Part shown: positions 12,201 through 24,655 of the stretch, one piece after another
Layout of the letters: every line of letters begins with the position of its first letter
Position numbering within the stretch: the stretch's first letter is position 1
Assembly: GCA_043228905.1 (NCBI GenBank)
Contig: JBHGNT010000017.1
Coordinates: 15,810,001 to 15,874,000 of the forward strand
Direction of reading: 5' to 3'
Source: Azolla caroliniana
Taxonomy: Eukaryota > Plantae > Polypodiophyta
DNA: 64,000 nucleotides
Notes under the pieces: model-generated
The model's input: the letters and a program-made list of their open reading frames with translations, nothing else
Database searches by the model: none
What the model was told of the DNA's origin: nothing
Program-made: the position numbers and the translations under genes

Positions 12201-13698
12201 AATAACATCAGATCTTTATGATCACCTTCGAGGAAAGTATCCTGATGACACTTATTTTGCAAAATACTGGGCAAGAGTCGAGTCTGGAACAGACACCACC
12301 ACACCCTCGAAGGAATACTTCCACATTGCTAACGGTCTGCTCTACCGTAATGGGAAGGTTTGTGTTCCAGATTTACCTGAGGTCAAAAAGAGAATTCTTT
12401 TTGAATGCCATGATGCACCCTCAGCAGGGCACCCTGGAATACATCGTACACTCGTTCTCATCTCCACTCAATTTTATTGGCCTAAGATGCGTCCTGACAT
12501 ACATAGCTATGTGACTAAATGTCACCAATGTCAGGTTAACAAAGCCGAGCGACTTAAAGCCGCAGGACTTTTACATCCCTTGGACATTCCCAATAATAAG
12601 TGGGAAAGTATATCCATGGATTTTATTGTTAGCCTTCCTCGCACCCAAAAAGGTCATGATGCCATATGGGTTGTGGTTGACAGACTAACTAAAATGGCCA
12701 GATTTATTGCTACTAAAACCACGGTAACAGCTCCTGAATTGGCTTACCAATTCGTTGATGAGTTATTTCGTTTTTACGGGTTACCGATGGATATCGTGAG
12801 TGACCGAGATCCGAAGTTTACTAGTGACTTCTGGACGCAAGTCTTTAAGAAGTTAGAAACTATGTTGAGCATGAGCTCCACGGATCATCCTCAATCCGAT
12901 GGACAGACAGAACGAGTAAATCAAATTATTGAGGACATGCTTCGAGCATACGTTGGTGCAAAACCAACAAAATGGGAACATTACCTCCCAATTTTGGAGT
13001 TTGCTTATAACAGCTCCAAGCATACGTCGACGGGATATAGTCCTTTTATGTTGATGTATGGATTTCAGCCACGAGCCCCGATTGATGTTAATATACATCA
13101 TGATGAGTTGCGAAGTACGCAAAACTTTCTTCGGGATATGCAAGATATGTTGCATATTGCACGGGATAATATAAAAACAGCTCAAGATAGAGCGCGTTTT
13201 TATGCCGATCATCACAGGCAACCTCGTGTATTCAGCCCTGGACAGAAGGTATTTTTACGTGTACCTCACAATTCTAAGACATTGTCTACGGGTAAGTGCG
13301 CTAAGTTAGCCCCACGGTTTTGTGGACCTTTTACAGTCCTCAAACGCATTGGATCATCAGCCTATCGTCTCGCTCTTCCCGATGGTGTTGGAATCCATCC
13401 AGTCTTTCATGTAAGTCGTCTAAAAGAACTTCTAGGTTCTGGCGACAATACAGTTACAACTGAAACTCTGGTTACTTCTGAAGATTTATCTTCTAAACCA
13501 CATGTACCAGAAAGAATTCTCGATGTTAAAACAAAAAAATTACGTGCTAAGGAAATCCGAGAATTTAAAATAAAATGGATGGATAAATCAATCAAAGATG
13601 CCACATGGGAACGCGAAACGACTCTCAGAACTAACTTCCCTAACTTTCCATTGCAAGAGTGCAATGTTTTAAAGAGGGGGAGTATGTTACGGGCATGA
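9283..13698 (+). CDS. gag-pol polyprotein (capsid, CCHC knuckle, protease, RT, RNase H, integrase, chromodomain) with one in-frame TAA at 10099-10101
   Basis: ORFs 9193-10101 and 10255-13698 share a frame, and the gap reads [20 protein letters not shown]. Motifs LFDSGS, FLDDIL, TDAS, H-H-C-C and GPF are present. Confidence 0.93.
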
Positions 13699-14165
13699 CC
13701 ATATAATATCCCGTGGTGAGAATTGTCGTAGTATTCTATACACGTGGATAAGTGTGAGGGTTAAACAAAGAGTCTAAAGAAGGGGAGGATTACTTTTAAT
13801 CCTCGGGATTGAGACAACCCATGAGGCCAAGTGTGAACATGGCTGGGGGCCTTGAGAATTACTATAAATAAGAGGCCTAGCTACCCTCATTGGGGCATGC
13901 ATTGACTACGTCGAGACTCTGTCCGTGAGTGGAACGACTCTTGTAGCAAGCGCGCTATCGTCCAGGTACGACTCGACGCCAAGGCGGTGGTATGGGACGC
14001 CGATCGAGGCTCGAGTCCGTCTCGATCCCTTCGCTCGGGGGTGGTCGGGTGGATCGGCACCCTTCTTTCTCTCTTTTCTCTCTATTCTTTCTAGATCTAT
14101 CATTGATATATCCTTATTTTATGCTTACTTTAGTACCTAATCTCTAATAATGGTCGTACTCTACA

Positions 14166-14880
14166 ATTTGACTACGAAGATTTAGATTCGGCCAACATAC
14201 TTGTAATGATAGAGTGCTCTAAGGGGATACGTAAAGTGTTCCTTTCTGAGGATCTTCTAGTAAAGGAATCTTATGGGCTAGAAGCATTTAAAAAAGATCT
14301 AGAAAGCTCACAAAATCTTATTGTTACCTTGAGGCCTTATATACAAGGCGATGTAACTCTAAGGAAGCCATTGCCCTCCCTAGTAAAGGCCCCGAAAAGG
14401 GCATCTAAAGTACAATCAAGGCCAACAAAAAAGAAGACGACTAAAATGTTGGACTCCGATTCATCAAGCTCAAACAAAGATGAGGACACTAAGGGGACAC
14501 CAAGAGCTTAGCTTGCATCGGCGATTTGACTACGAAGATTTAGATTCGGCCAACATACTTGTAATGATAGAGTGCTCTAAGGGGGTACGTAAAGTGTTCC
14601 TTTATGAAGATCTTCTAGTAAAGGAATCTTATGGGCTAGAAGCATTTAAAAAAGATCTAGAAAGCTCACAAAATCTTATTGTTACCTTGAGGCCTTATAT
14701 AAAAGGCGATGTAACTCTAAGGGAGCCATTGCCCTCCCTAGTAAAGGCCCCGAAAAGGGCATTTAAAGTACAATCAAGGCCAACAAAAAAGAAGATGACT
14801 AAAATGTTGGACTCCGATTCATCAAGCTCAAACGAAGATGAGGACACTAAGGGGACGCCAAGAGCTGAGCTTGCATCGGG
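14166..14880 (+). repeat. 358-bp tandem duplication inside the ParB-MTase gene (frameshifting)
   Basis: ATTTGACTACGAAGATTTAG... starts at both 14166 and 14524; 358 is not a multiple of 3. Confidence 0.95.
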
Positions 14881-16521
14881 TGTGTTGTCATCCGAGTAGA
14901 ATAAGATACAGAGAGAGTTAATGCAGCGTAAACTGGTAAGGAAGGGGCAAGTGTTTAATTTGCCTATAACACACATCCATCGGCCCCCTATTGATGAAAA
15001 AACAGGACGAAGACCACTTGAGATTAGAGAGCAACACCGAATGCATGTTCAAAATCTCAAGAAAAAAATGAAAATTAATCCACATGCTACCGTTGTGCCT
15101 TTTATTGTTATGGTGGATCCCGAAGAATGTGAAACCCTTGAAGATTTCGATATAAGAAAGCATGATCAATATAATTACTTTGTCATTGGTGGATCGCATT
15201 CGGCGGAGACACGTCGGCAACTTGTTAGAGAACATCCAACGACTTTCTTCTTCAAATATGCCGAGTGCAAAATTTACGTGGGTCTCACAACTGAAGAGGC
15301 AAAGCTGTTGGCATGGGACCACAATAATGATAATGACTATAGGCAGAAAATGTCATCGATTGAGAGTATAAGGTTCTTCCACCATGAGTATTTGGACATC
15401 AAACAAAAGTTTGGTGTGAAGCTACATCCAGGCCTATGACGTCAATGCTTGCATGAAGTTGGCATTGTGGTAGATGATAATGTTAAGTCCGATGGTCTTT
15501 GAAAATAGGAGTCTTGGTTTCAACTAGACTTTAGAGATGGAGAAGTATGGGACCTACAAGATCAAATCTTCTCAATGCGGGAGAAAAAGGAAGTGAAGGG
15601 TCAACGACAAAAGAAATGTAAGGTAGACCCTCAACTAGAATTGAAGTCACAAGCGGCCAAAAAAATTTATTTGACAATTGAAGAAGCGGCTGGCGACATG
15701 AAGCTGTCTCTGTGGAGAGCGATGCAAGATATTAAGGACGAGCAACTTCTTGTGTCTGTTTTGTCAAGGGTTGTGGTCAAAGATTTAAGCCTTGAAGAAA
15801 TGGTCACTGAGTTCAATAAGTAAGTCTTTCAAATAGTGATATTGAAGTCAATATGGTGGAATTGAAAGTTCTAATCACGTTTTCTAATTTCACAGTCATA
15901 AGGTGTACATGAAGATCCAAGAAGTTATGATGAAACAACTTGGATGTATAACTTGGGAACAAGTGGCCGAGGATTATCCTCTAACGTCTTCATATAAGGC
16001 ATTATCGGAGTATTTTATTGCATTCAAGGATTGGGTTAGTATTGGTGGTTTTTCATTAAGCTTTCATTATATGTAGAGCTTGTATAATAAAACTTGATGT
16101 CCTATTGCTTCTATTAGAAACCGTGTCGTGGCAAGAAACAAGGAGAAGTTAAGGATCGTCGCTTAGTCAATGTCAGGAACAATACTAAGATAGAGAAGGA
16201 ATTAGTACTAAAAGAAGTATGAGTACTAAGAGAGGTGAAGAACTCTCGAGAGAAGGAAAGAGTGAGTGAGGGAGAGAGAGAGAGAGAGAGTGAGTGATGA
16301 TAAGAAAAGATATATATATTATGTGAAGAGAATGTACAGTAGTAGCTAGGAGGCTTAAGACTGGCGTTGAACTGATTTGGTTCGAAATAATGCCTTGTGC
16401 CTCCTTTTATAGTGTTCTGAGGAATACTCCTAAAGTTTCTAGAATGTTCTAGAGAAATTTGGAATATACATCAATTTTCTATAATAAAACATAAATGAAA
16501 ATAATATTCTACGTGTTACAC

Positions 16522-16590
16522 TGTATGGTCTAATGGTCAAGAGCTCAACCCATGTAGCATAAGGTCATGGGTTCGAGTCTTGCCATATTA
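16522..16590 (+). promoter_or_regulatory. tRNA-like Pol III A/B-box module in LTR U3, antisense to the element
   Basis: A box TGGTCTAATGG 16526-16536, 33 nt, B box GGTTCGAGTCT 16570-16580. Confidence 0.75.
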
Positions 16591-19500
16591 TGACACTATC
16601 CCGCCTTTAAAACGACGAGTTTCACAAGTCGTTTTGGATTGAGGACCCGATTTGTCCCTAGCTAATCGACTAGATAGTAGAGCTTGTTGCGAACAATCTT
16701 GGAATCAAGGATGGCAGCAACCTTGTACTCAGGTCCATCTTCACGCTCGATCGGGGGTGGAGGCTGTGTCATACGTCCTGGGATGGTGCTCTCTTGATAG
16801 GGTTCGAGGAGAGAACTATGAAACACCGGATGTATCCGAAGTTGCGGAGGTAGATCGAGCCGAAAAGCGACATCATTAATCTTTCCTATAATACGGAAAG
16901 GACCTAATCGCCGATAATCCAACTTCTCGCATGGGCGAGTAGTCTTGATGTGTCATCGTAGTAGCCATACCCCATCTCCAATGTTAAAACTGGATGGAAG
17001 TCAATGACGATCCGCATAAACCTTGTGTGTTTGTTGAGCTTGTTGGAATGAGTAGATAAATCGGCTTGTATCTTGCGTAACCGCTCTAAACGATCCTCTA
17101 CGCAAGGATTTGTGGACAACTCTAGGGTTTCAAAGACACACCATCGGGGGTGAGAACCTGTATAAGCATAAAATGGCGTAACTTTAGTCGATGCGTGGAC
17201 ACAGTTATTGTAGGCAAATTCGGCGAAGTGGAGAATATCTACCAGTCATCCTAATGATAGCTTAGAAAGCACTGAAGATACTGCTCTATTGTTTGATTTG
17301 TTCGTTCTCCTTGGCCATCCGTTTGTGGGTGGTAGTCGGAAGAAAGGTGCTTCCAGAATTTCGATACGAACTGGGGTCCACGGTCGCTAATGATACTATC
17401 GGGAATGCCATGATGCCCACATACTTCACGCATGTCAATTTTAGCGGTTTCTTCATTGGATATTTCCTTAGTACATGGCAAGAAATGAGCCATCTTCGTA
17501 TATCGATCTACGACTATTAGAATCGCATTGAACCCCTTAGAGACTGGAAGATCTGTGATGAAGTCTAGAGCAATGGATTGCCACGGCTTGCTTGGAATTG
17601 GTAATGGTTCTAATAAACCATATGGATGATGCCTTGGCATTTTCGCTCTACAGCATGTATCACAAGTCCGAACAAAATCTTCGACAAATTGTCGCATATG
17701 GGGCCACCAAAATGATCATTGTACTAAATCTAATGTTTTAGTACTACCAAAATGCCCCGCTATATATGTGTAAGAACCATTAGGAACATACAAGAGTTCA
17801 TTAAAGAATAGTAATCCATCATGGTATTTGAATTGTTGATAGTCCGTACCAGGTGGTTGCGACTGTGAACAAGATGCTCGAGAGGGATCAATTTGTGCTA
17901 GAATGGCTTTGGCGAAAGCATCGGTCTTCAAGTCCTCACGTATAGTATCGATAACGTGGGAATCCATTGGCATGCCAAAGACCTGTGTTGCTTGCAGTCG
18001 TGTTGGTCCCAAGATTACTTGCTTTTGGTTATCAAAAGCTGGCTCGCCGGGACGCGGTGCTAGGTACGAACGCCGTGATAATGCATCTGCCTTCCCTTGG
18101 TGCTTCCCCGGACGATATGTAATTTTGAAGTCGAAACGCGTGAGGAAGTGGGCCCACCGAGCTTGACGTCGATTTAACACATGAGCGTCCTGAAAGTAGG
18201 CAAGGTTTTTGTGGTCATTGAATACGGTGACTTGATGAGAGGATCCCTCTAGAAAATGCCTCCATTGCGTAAAAGAGTTCACTATTGCCAATAGCTCCTT
18301 ATAATGAATTTCGTAGTTGATTTCTGTGGCGTCAAACTTGCGTGAGTGAAAAGCCACAGGATGTAGCTTCTCATCATTACCCCATTGTGACAGAATGCTC
18401 CCCAATGCGAAATCTGATGCGTCTACTTTGATAATGAATGGTTTTTCCGGATCGACATGAGCTAGAATTGGAGCCGATGTAAATGCCTTTTTAAGACTCT
18501 CGAAAGACATGTCCGCTTCTTTAGACCAAACGAACGATTATCCCTTCCTGGTAAGTTGTGTGAGAGGTAGAATGAGCTTTGAGTAATCCTGTATGAACTT
18601 CCGGTAAAAATTGGCAAAGCCTAAAAAGCATTGCACATCTCGCACCGAACGCAAAGTCTGCCACTCTACCACAGTTTTGATCTTAGCTGGGTCCATGGAG
18701 ATGCCTTCCGAGGAAATGACATAGCCCAGAAATTCCACCTGGTTGCACCCAAAACTACTTTTTCCAGCTTTGCATAAAGACCATGTTCTCAAAGTCGTTT
18801 TAGTACTAACAGTACACAAGAATCATGCTCTTCTTGGGTCTTCGAATAAACCAGTAGATCATCCAAATAGCTGATCAAACAAACATCCAAGAGATCTCGG
18901 AATATATCATTTGCCATGTGCTGGAAGACTATTGGCGCATTAGTGAGGCTGAATGGCATGACTGTATACTCGAAGTGCCCATATTTGGTGCGAAACGCGG
19001 TCTTCCATTCATCTCCTGGTCGGATCCGTACGAGGTTATAGGGTCCCCGTAAGTCGATCTTCGTGAAGAACCTGGCACCATTGATCTGTTCTAAAAGACT
19101 TGAGATAAGGGGAAGTGCATACCTATTTCTGATTGTCACCTTATTCAAGCCACGATAATCTACAACAAGATGAAGGATCCATCCTTTTTCTTGACGAAGA
19201 AAATGGGTGCGCCGGTTGGAGATTTCAAATGCTGAATGAAACCATTTTCCAAATTCTCCTCTATATAGGCTCGTAGGACTTCTAGCTCGGTTGGTGACAA
19301 ATTGTAGATCGGTTCCCATGGTGGCTCTTTCCCCGGTTGTAAATCGATGGGGCAATCATACGGTCGATGCTGAGGAAGCGTATTGGCTTGTACTTTATCC
19401 AACACATCGGCATAATGATGATACTTCGTTGGAAGTTGAACGGTGGACTCCTCTTTAATGGTGTCTGAGGGCTTTATTGATATTTCGAAGAGAAACATTT

Positions 19501-19987
19501 CTTCCTTGCGTCCTTCTTCCCGCAACTGATGTAGCGAAATGGTTGCAATCTCATGAGTAGACCCTCGGGCTTTTCGATACCAGATTTCTCTTGTTCTCCA
19601 ATCTATGTCTGGGTTATGTAATTCGAACCATGGTAATCCTAAAACAATGGGGTGTTCTGGGGTGCTAATTATATTAAATGATACCACACATGCTAGATTA
19701 TCTAGGACAATATTAACGGGCTCTGACTCTTCTATGATATTTCCGGAAGCAATGGGATGACCATCAATGACTACTATAGAGGCTGGACACGGGAATTTTT
19801 TGAGTGATATTTGATGAGCTTGGGCAAAGTTCCTATCCATGAAGCAAGAATTAGCTCCGAAATCTAGAAGTGCTGAGACATGTACTGGAGGGGTTCTTTT
19901 AGTACTAACTGTTACTTGGGCTACGAACACATTGCTAACTTGCTTAGAGGGAATGGAACCACTAATGGGTTGCACAGATCTAGGGTT

Positions 19988-20032
19988 GTCCAACCAAACG
20001 ACTCCTATTTTGGTTGGACTTAGTCGTTTAAC
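19988..20032 (-). promoter_or_regulatory. -1 programmed ribosomal frameshift signal between gag and pol
   Basis: Minus strand G_TTA_AAC, 6-nt spacer, then a perfect 11-bp stem GTCCAACCAAA/TTTGGTTGGAC. The -1 frame reads RLSPTKIGVVWLDNPRSVQP into the protease ORF. Confidence 0.85.
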
Positions 20033-21368
20033 TCTTCTTCTAACTGACTAAGGACATCAAATTTGTTCGCTAGATTTGGGCTATTAGTACTATTAGGACT
20101 ATTAGATATCCCTACTGAAATAGACTCGGGTTTAGTACAATCAGAACTAGCAACTATTTGGTTTACCTGCCTTCTTGGCCTATGGGGACAATTTACCGCG
20201 ATATGCCCTAGTCCACCGCAATAAAGACATAGTCGGTTTGCTCGGCGTCGTTGCTTTTCTTCTTCTGATAGCAGTCCATGACGACCTGTGGTGTCAATTT
20301 CCATCGGAGTTGGAGTACTTACTAGAGGCGCATTATATGACTCCCTTGGAAAAGGTTTCGCTACCATTGAGGCGTAGGTAGGCTCTGATCTTGCCCTCAG
20401 AATCTGGAATTGTCGTTCCGAACGTCGTTCGAAGAGGCGGTTGTCGCATCTCTCCGCGCGACTGATTGCTTATGTTAATGACTTTGGCTCTTCGAGGAAG
20501 GTCAAGAGTAAATCCTTGACATCGTTGTGTAAACCATAACGAGATTGCTCCATCAATGTGTGATCATCCCAAGGGATATCGGCAACGAGTAGGCGGAAAT
20601 CTGCAGCGTATGCGGAGGCTGGACGATCACCTTGGCGTAATCGCCGGATTTTGTTGATTGCAGTCCTTATGCTATCAGTATCTCCAAAACAGACCTTAAA
20701 CTCACTTATAAATTCATCAAAACTGTTTAGTAATGGAGATTCCTTTTCCAACAATGGAGCAAACCATGCTAACGTTGAGCCACTAAGGAGAGTGCCTAGT
20801 AGTTCCACTCGTGATGCATCGGTGGGATATCGAGAAGGATGCATTTGTATCACTAAACGTACCTGATTCAAAAACCCTCTAATTTGTGATCGGGTCCCAT
20901 CAAATTTTGTAGGAAGACCGATCTTGGGTTCTTTGTGAATCCCTTGAGTGCTTGATCCTTGTTGTTGTAATGATACGATAGTCGCTTCGAGTTGTTGTAC
21001 ACGTAACGTTAGCTCCCCATGTTGTTGTTTTTCCAGCGCTATTTGTTGAAGATCCCCCAACAAATGATGATTTTCTTGTTATAGTGCTACAAATTTCTCT
21101 TTTAAGCACTAGAGCTCCGAGAAAACAGATTGGTATTCCTGAGCGCTAACAGTTTCCATTTTACTAGGGAGGATAAGAGGATTAATAAGAAGATAAAAGG
21201 AAGAGGAGGAAAGGAAGATACGGAAGGAAGAACAAGGAAAATCGGTTCAAACTGTTAGGAATAGTACTAAGACAGAGACGGAATTAGTACTAAAAGAAGT
21301 ATTAGTACTAAGAGAGGTGAAGAACTCTCAAGAGAAGGAAAGAGTGAGTGAGAGGGAGGGAGGGAGAG

Positions 21369-21407
<39 letters not shown>

Positions 21408-21641
21408 GAGAGAGAGTGATGATAAGAAAAGATATATATTATGTGAAGAGAATGTATAGTAATAGCTAGGAGGCTTAAGACTGGTGTTGGACCGATTTGG
21501 TTCGAAATGATGCCTTGTGCCTCCTTTTATAGTGTTCTAAGGAATACTCCTGAAGGTTCTAGAATGTTCCAGAGAAATTTGGAATATACATCAATTTTCT
21601 ATAATAAAACATAAATGAAAATAATATTTTACGTATTACAA

Positions 21642-21710
21642 TGTATGGTGTAATGGTCAAGAGCTCGACCCATGTAGCATATGGTCATGGGTTCGAGTCT
21701 TGTCATATCA
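21642..21710 (+). promoter_or_regulatory. tRNA-like Pol III A/B-box module in the 5' LTR, antisense to the element
   Basis: A box TGGTGTAATGG 21646-21656; B box GGTTCGAGTCT 21690-21700. Confidence 0.75.
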
Positions 21711-24436
21711 TGACAGTCAAGGCGTACGAAATGGAGGAAGATGGCTCCTTCCAAATATTAAGCCACAAAAAATATATTACGAGAGATCTTTACTACAATG
21801 TGGTTTGCGGCGATCTCGTTGACATGATCCAAAAAGTGCTAAAGAAGGAATATACGCTAATGATTGCGGATATTCCTTACGGATTTCGAATGGCAGGGTC
21901 ATCATACGACAATGAACCATTTAGATTTAAACAGTTGGAGAAGATGGTCAAGGATTTTGCTGAGCTAACGACTCCATCCTTGTGGAGAATAGTTGTCTTT
22001 CATAGTATGGACCAAGGGTACTCGGTAGCTCAAGCTTTGAGATCTCGTTGCCATGGCATCGAGAACCTTGCATGGTAAGGATTATTTATATGTCTCATTC
22101 ACTATATTTCCTTTCTTAAGATTGTTCAATCTATTCTTAACTCGATGTAATATTTGTTATAGGATAAAAACCAATAATAGAGGGCCAACCTTTCGGTTCA
22201 TTAAGGCCATTGAATACATCACGGTTGGCTATTTCGATGAAATTAAGAAACAAAGAATCAAGGAGCATTCTAATGAAGTGGGAGGTTCAAATCTGGTGGT
22301 ATATCCAGCAGTGACACGGAAATTGTGACATGTCACCACGACAGAACGGGGACTTGTCAACCCATACCAAAAACCTCAACGACTTATGATGCGCTTGATC
22401 GAGATGTTTTCCGTCGAAGGAGACTGGATATTAGACCTCTTTTTTGGCACAGGTATTCCTCGAACTAGGGTACCTAATGATCTTGAGATAACCAATACTG
22501 AATCTTTTTTGTTTGAGAACTAATTCTTCTTGTTACTTTCTTCACGGGAACGACGTCTGCATGTGCATTGAAGCTCTTTAGAAACATAGTTGCATTGGAG
22601 AAGGACGAGGAGCAGGTTATATTTATAAACATGAGGATTAAGGCTTTGTGGGAGTGCCCAGACCAGGACGAGGAGGTTGGTGCAAAGAACCTCACTGATA
22701 CTGAAAGGTTTCAACCTACTTTGCGAGAGCCTATTCTTCCGTTGGTCGGGGAACCATGGGAGCTAATCGAGCTTGATTATGAGCTTATAGATATCATTAA
22801 GACAACATTTTGGTTATCAAGAATCGAACCCACGACTTCTTGGTCTATGTGTTGAACCCTTAACCATTGTAATAACATATATGTTGTGTGATTATAATAA
22901 TTATGTTTCTAATTATTACAAGATATTAGAATATTCTAGAACATTCTAGATTATTCTAGAACATCCTTTAATATTTCATGATTATATTTCTTATCAAAGA
23001 GTCTGAATCAATTCGTGTAGTCCTAGGTAATTTGGCTAGTATAATCTCATTCAACATCATTAGTAGTCCAGAGCACTCTCTAGTTCTTGGTCTTCCTTGG
23101 TTTGAGTTACATAACCCAATTATTGATTGGAGAAAAAGAACTATTGAAGAGGTCATAGTACAGTCTGAGTCTCTTGAAACTCCAACAAATGATCTAGGAT
23201 CCCACATGATTTCAACAATCTCTATACATCAGTTACGAGAGGATGGAAGGAAGGAAGACATGATGGTGTTTGCGGTTTTAGCAACTCCCTCATCTAGCTC
23301 ACAAGAATTGGGGGTCCAATTACCAACGAAGTACATAGAATTCTCCGATGTGTTCGAAAAGGTGAAGGCTAATAGATTACCAGAGCATCGACCCTATGAT
23401 GGCATCAGGAAAAGTGCCTCCATGGGGGCCAATTTATAACCTTTCGCCCACGGACTTAGAGGTTCTTCGAGAATATATAGATGAGAACCTGGCAAATGGT
23501 TTTATCCAACATTCAAGATCTCCTGCTGGTGCACCCATCTTTTTCGTTAAGAAGAAAGATGGTACGCTTCGTATGGTCGTGGATTATCGGGGCTCGAATA
23601 AAGTGACTATTAGAAACCGATATGCTCTACCATTGATCTCAAGCCTTCTAGAACGCCTCAGTGGAGCAAAGTATTTCACGAAGTTAGATCTTCGAGGTGC
23701 CTACAACCTTATTCGAATTCGTCCTGGGGATGAATGGAAGACCGCATTCCGCACTCGCTATGGTCATTTTGAATATACAGAGATGCCATTTGGTCTCACG
23801 AATGCACCAGTAGTTTTCCAACATATGGTGAATGACATTTTTCGAGACTTCCTCGATATCTTCATCATTTATGTGATGCCCAAAACACTCAAAAGAAGAT
23901 TGTTGATCGTCATCGGCGTGATTCATCGACTACATTTCAAGTAGGAGATCGTGTATGGCTCTTACAAGGTAGCATTAAAACCACTCGACCTTGCTACAAA
24001 TTGGATTATCAACGTTTCGGCCCATATATGATCTCTGGTAAGATCAATGAGGTGACATTTCATCTTGATCTCCCTCCTCATATGCGTCTTCACCCGGTCT
24101 TCCATGTTTCACTTTTGGAGCCCTACACAACAAGCTCTAGTCCGGGTCGTCTTACACCTCCCCCACCTCCAATCAAAGTTTCCAATGGCTCTGAATATGA
24201 GGTTGTCGCTATTCTCGACTCCAAGATCATCCGCAACAAACTATATTATTTGGTTGATTGGTTAGGTTATACACCTAATGATCGAACATGGGAGCCTGTC
24301 GAGCATCTTGCTAATGCCTCTGACATGGTTGTTGCATTTCACGACAAATATTCCCATAAACCAAGTCTGAACTCTTGTCTTCCGACTCGTAGAACTCGTC
24401 ATCGAAAGGGGGGGATAATGTCATGAAGACAACATT

Positions 24437-24505
24437 TTGGTTATCAAGGATCGAACCCACGACTTCTTGGTCTATGTGTTGAACCCTTAACCATTGTAAT
24501 AACAT
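24437..24505 (-). promoter_or_regulatory. tRNA-like A/B-box module in LTR U3 (second copy at 22811-22878)
   Basis: Minus strand TATTACAATGG, 33 nt, GGTTCGAT(C/T)CT. Confidence 0.7.
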
Positions 24506-24550
24506 ATACATGTGATTATAATAATTATGTTTCTAGTTATTACAAGATAT

Positions 24551-24655
24551 TAGAATATTCTAGAACATTCTAGATTATTCTAGAAAATCCTTTAATATTT
24601 CATGATTATATTTCTTATCATAAAATCTAAAATATTCTAGAACATTCTAGATTAC
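24551..24655. promoter_or_regulatory. Heat-shock-element arrays in LTR U3 (also ~22928-22962)
   Basis: GAAtaTTCtaGAAcaTTCtaGAttaTTCtaGAA is a run of alternating nGAAn units just upstream of TATAAAT (24668). Confidence 0.7.

Larger units (their letters stand above)
7123..14149 (+). mobile_element. Full-length young Ty3/Gypsy chromovirus (Tekay/Reina-like chromodomain); LTRs 7123-7587 and 13685-14149
   Basis: 465-bp LTRs with no difference seen by eye. TSD ATGGT (7118-7122 / 14150-14154). PBS TGGTATCAGAGC (tRNA-iMet) at 7590. PPT just before 13685. Confidence 0.97.
16171..21715 (-). mobile_element. Degenerate full-length Tcn1/Maggy-like chromovirus; 3' LTR 16171-16595, 5' LTR 21253-21715
   Basis: TSD GTCAA (16166-16170 / 21716-21720). 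gag from ATG 21159 to 20020 with PMEID and CLYCGGLGHIAVNC. Fragmented PR-RT-RH-IN-chromodomain at 19993-16620. PPT rc AAAGGCGGGATAG. No tRNA-type PBS. Confidence 0.95.

Noticed and set aside
16522-16590. Functional tRNA genes in LTRs
   Set aside because: Only the A/B boxes and their spacing are convincing. No good acceptor or anticodon stems were seen, so they are reported as tRNA-like modules.
21641-22855. Bacterial or phage contamination as the source of the methyltransferase
   Set aside because: The gene has spliceosomal introns and is interrupted by plant LTR elements with exact TSDs. The ORF start at 21641 is LTR-derived.
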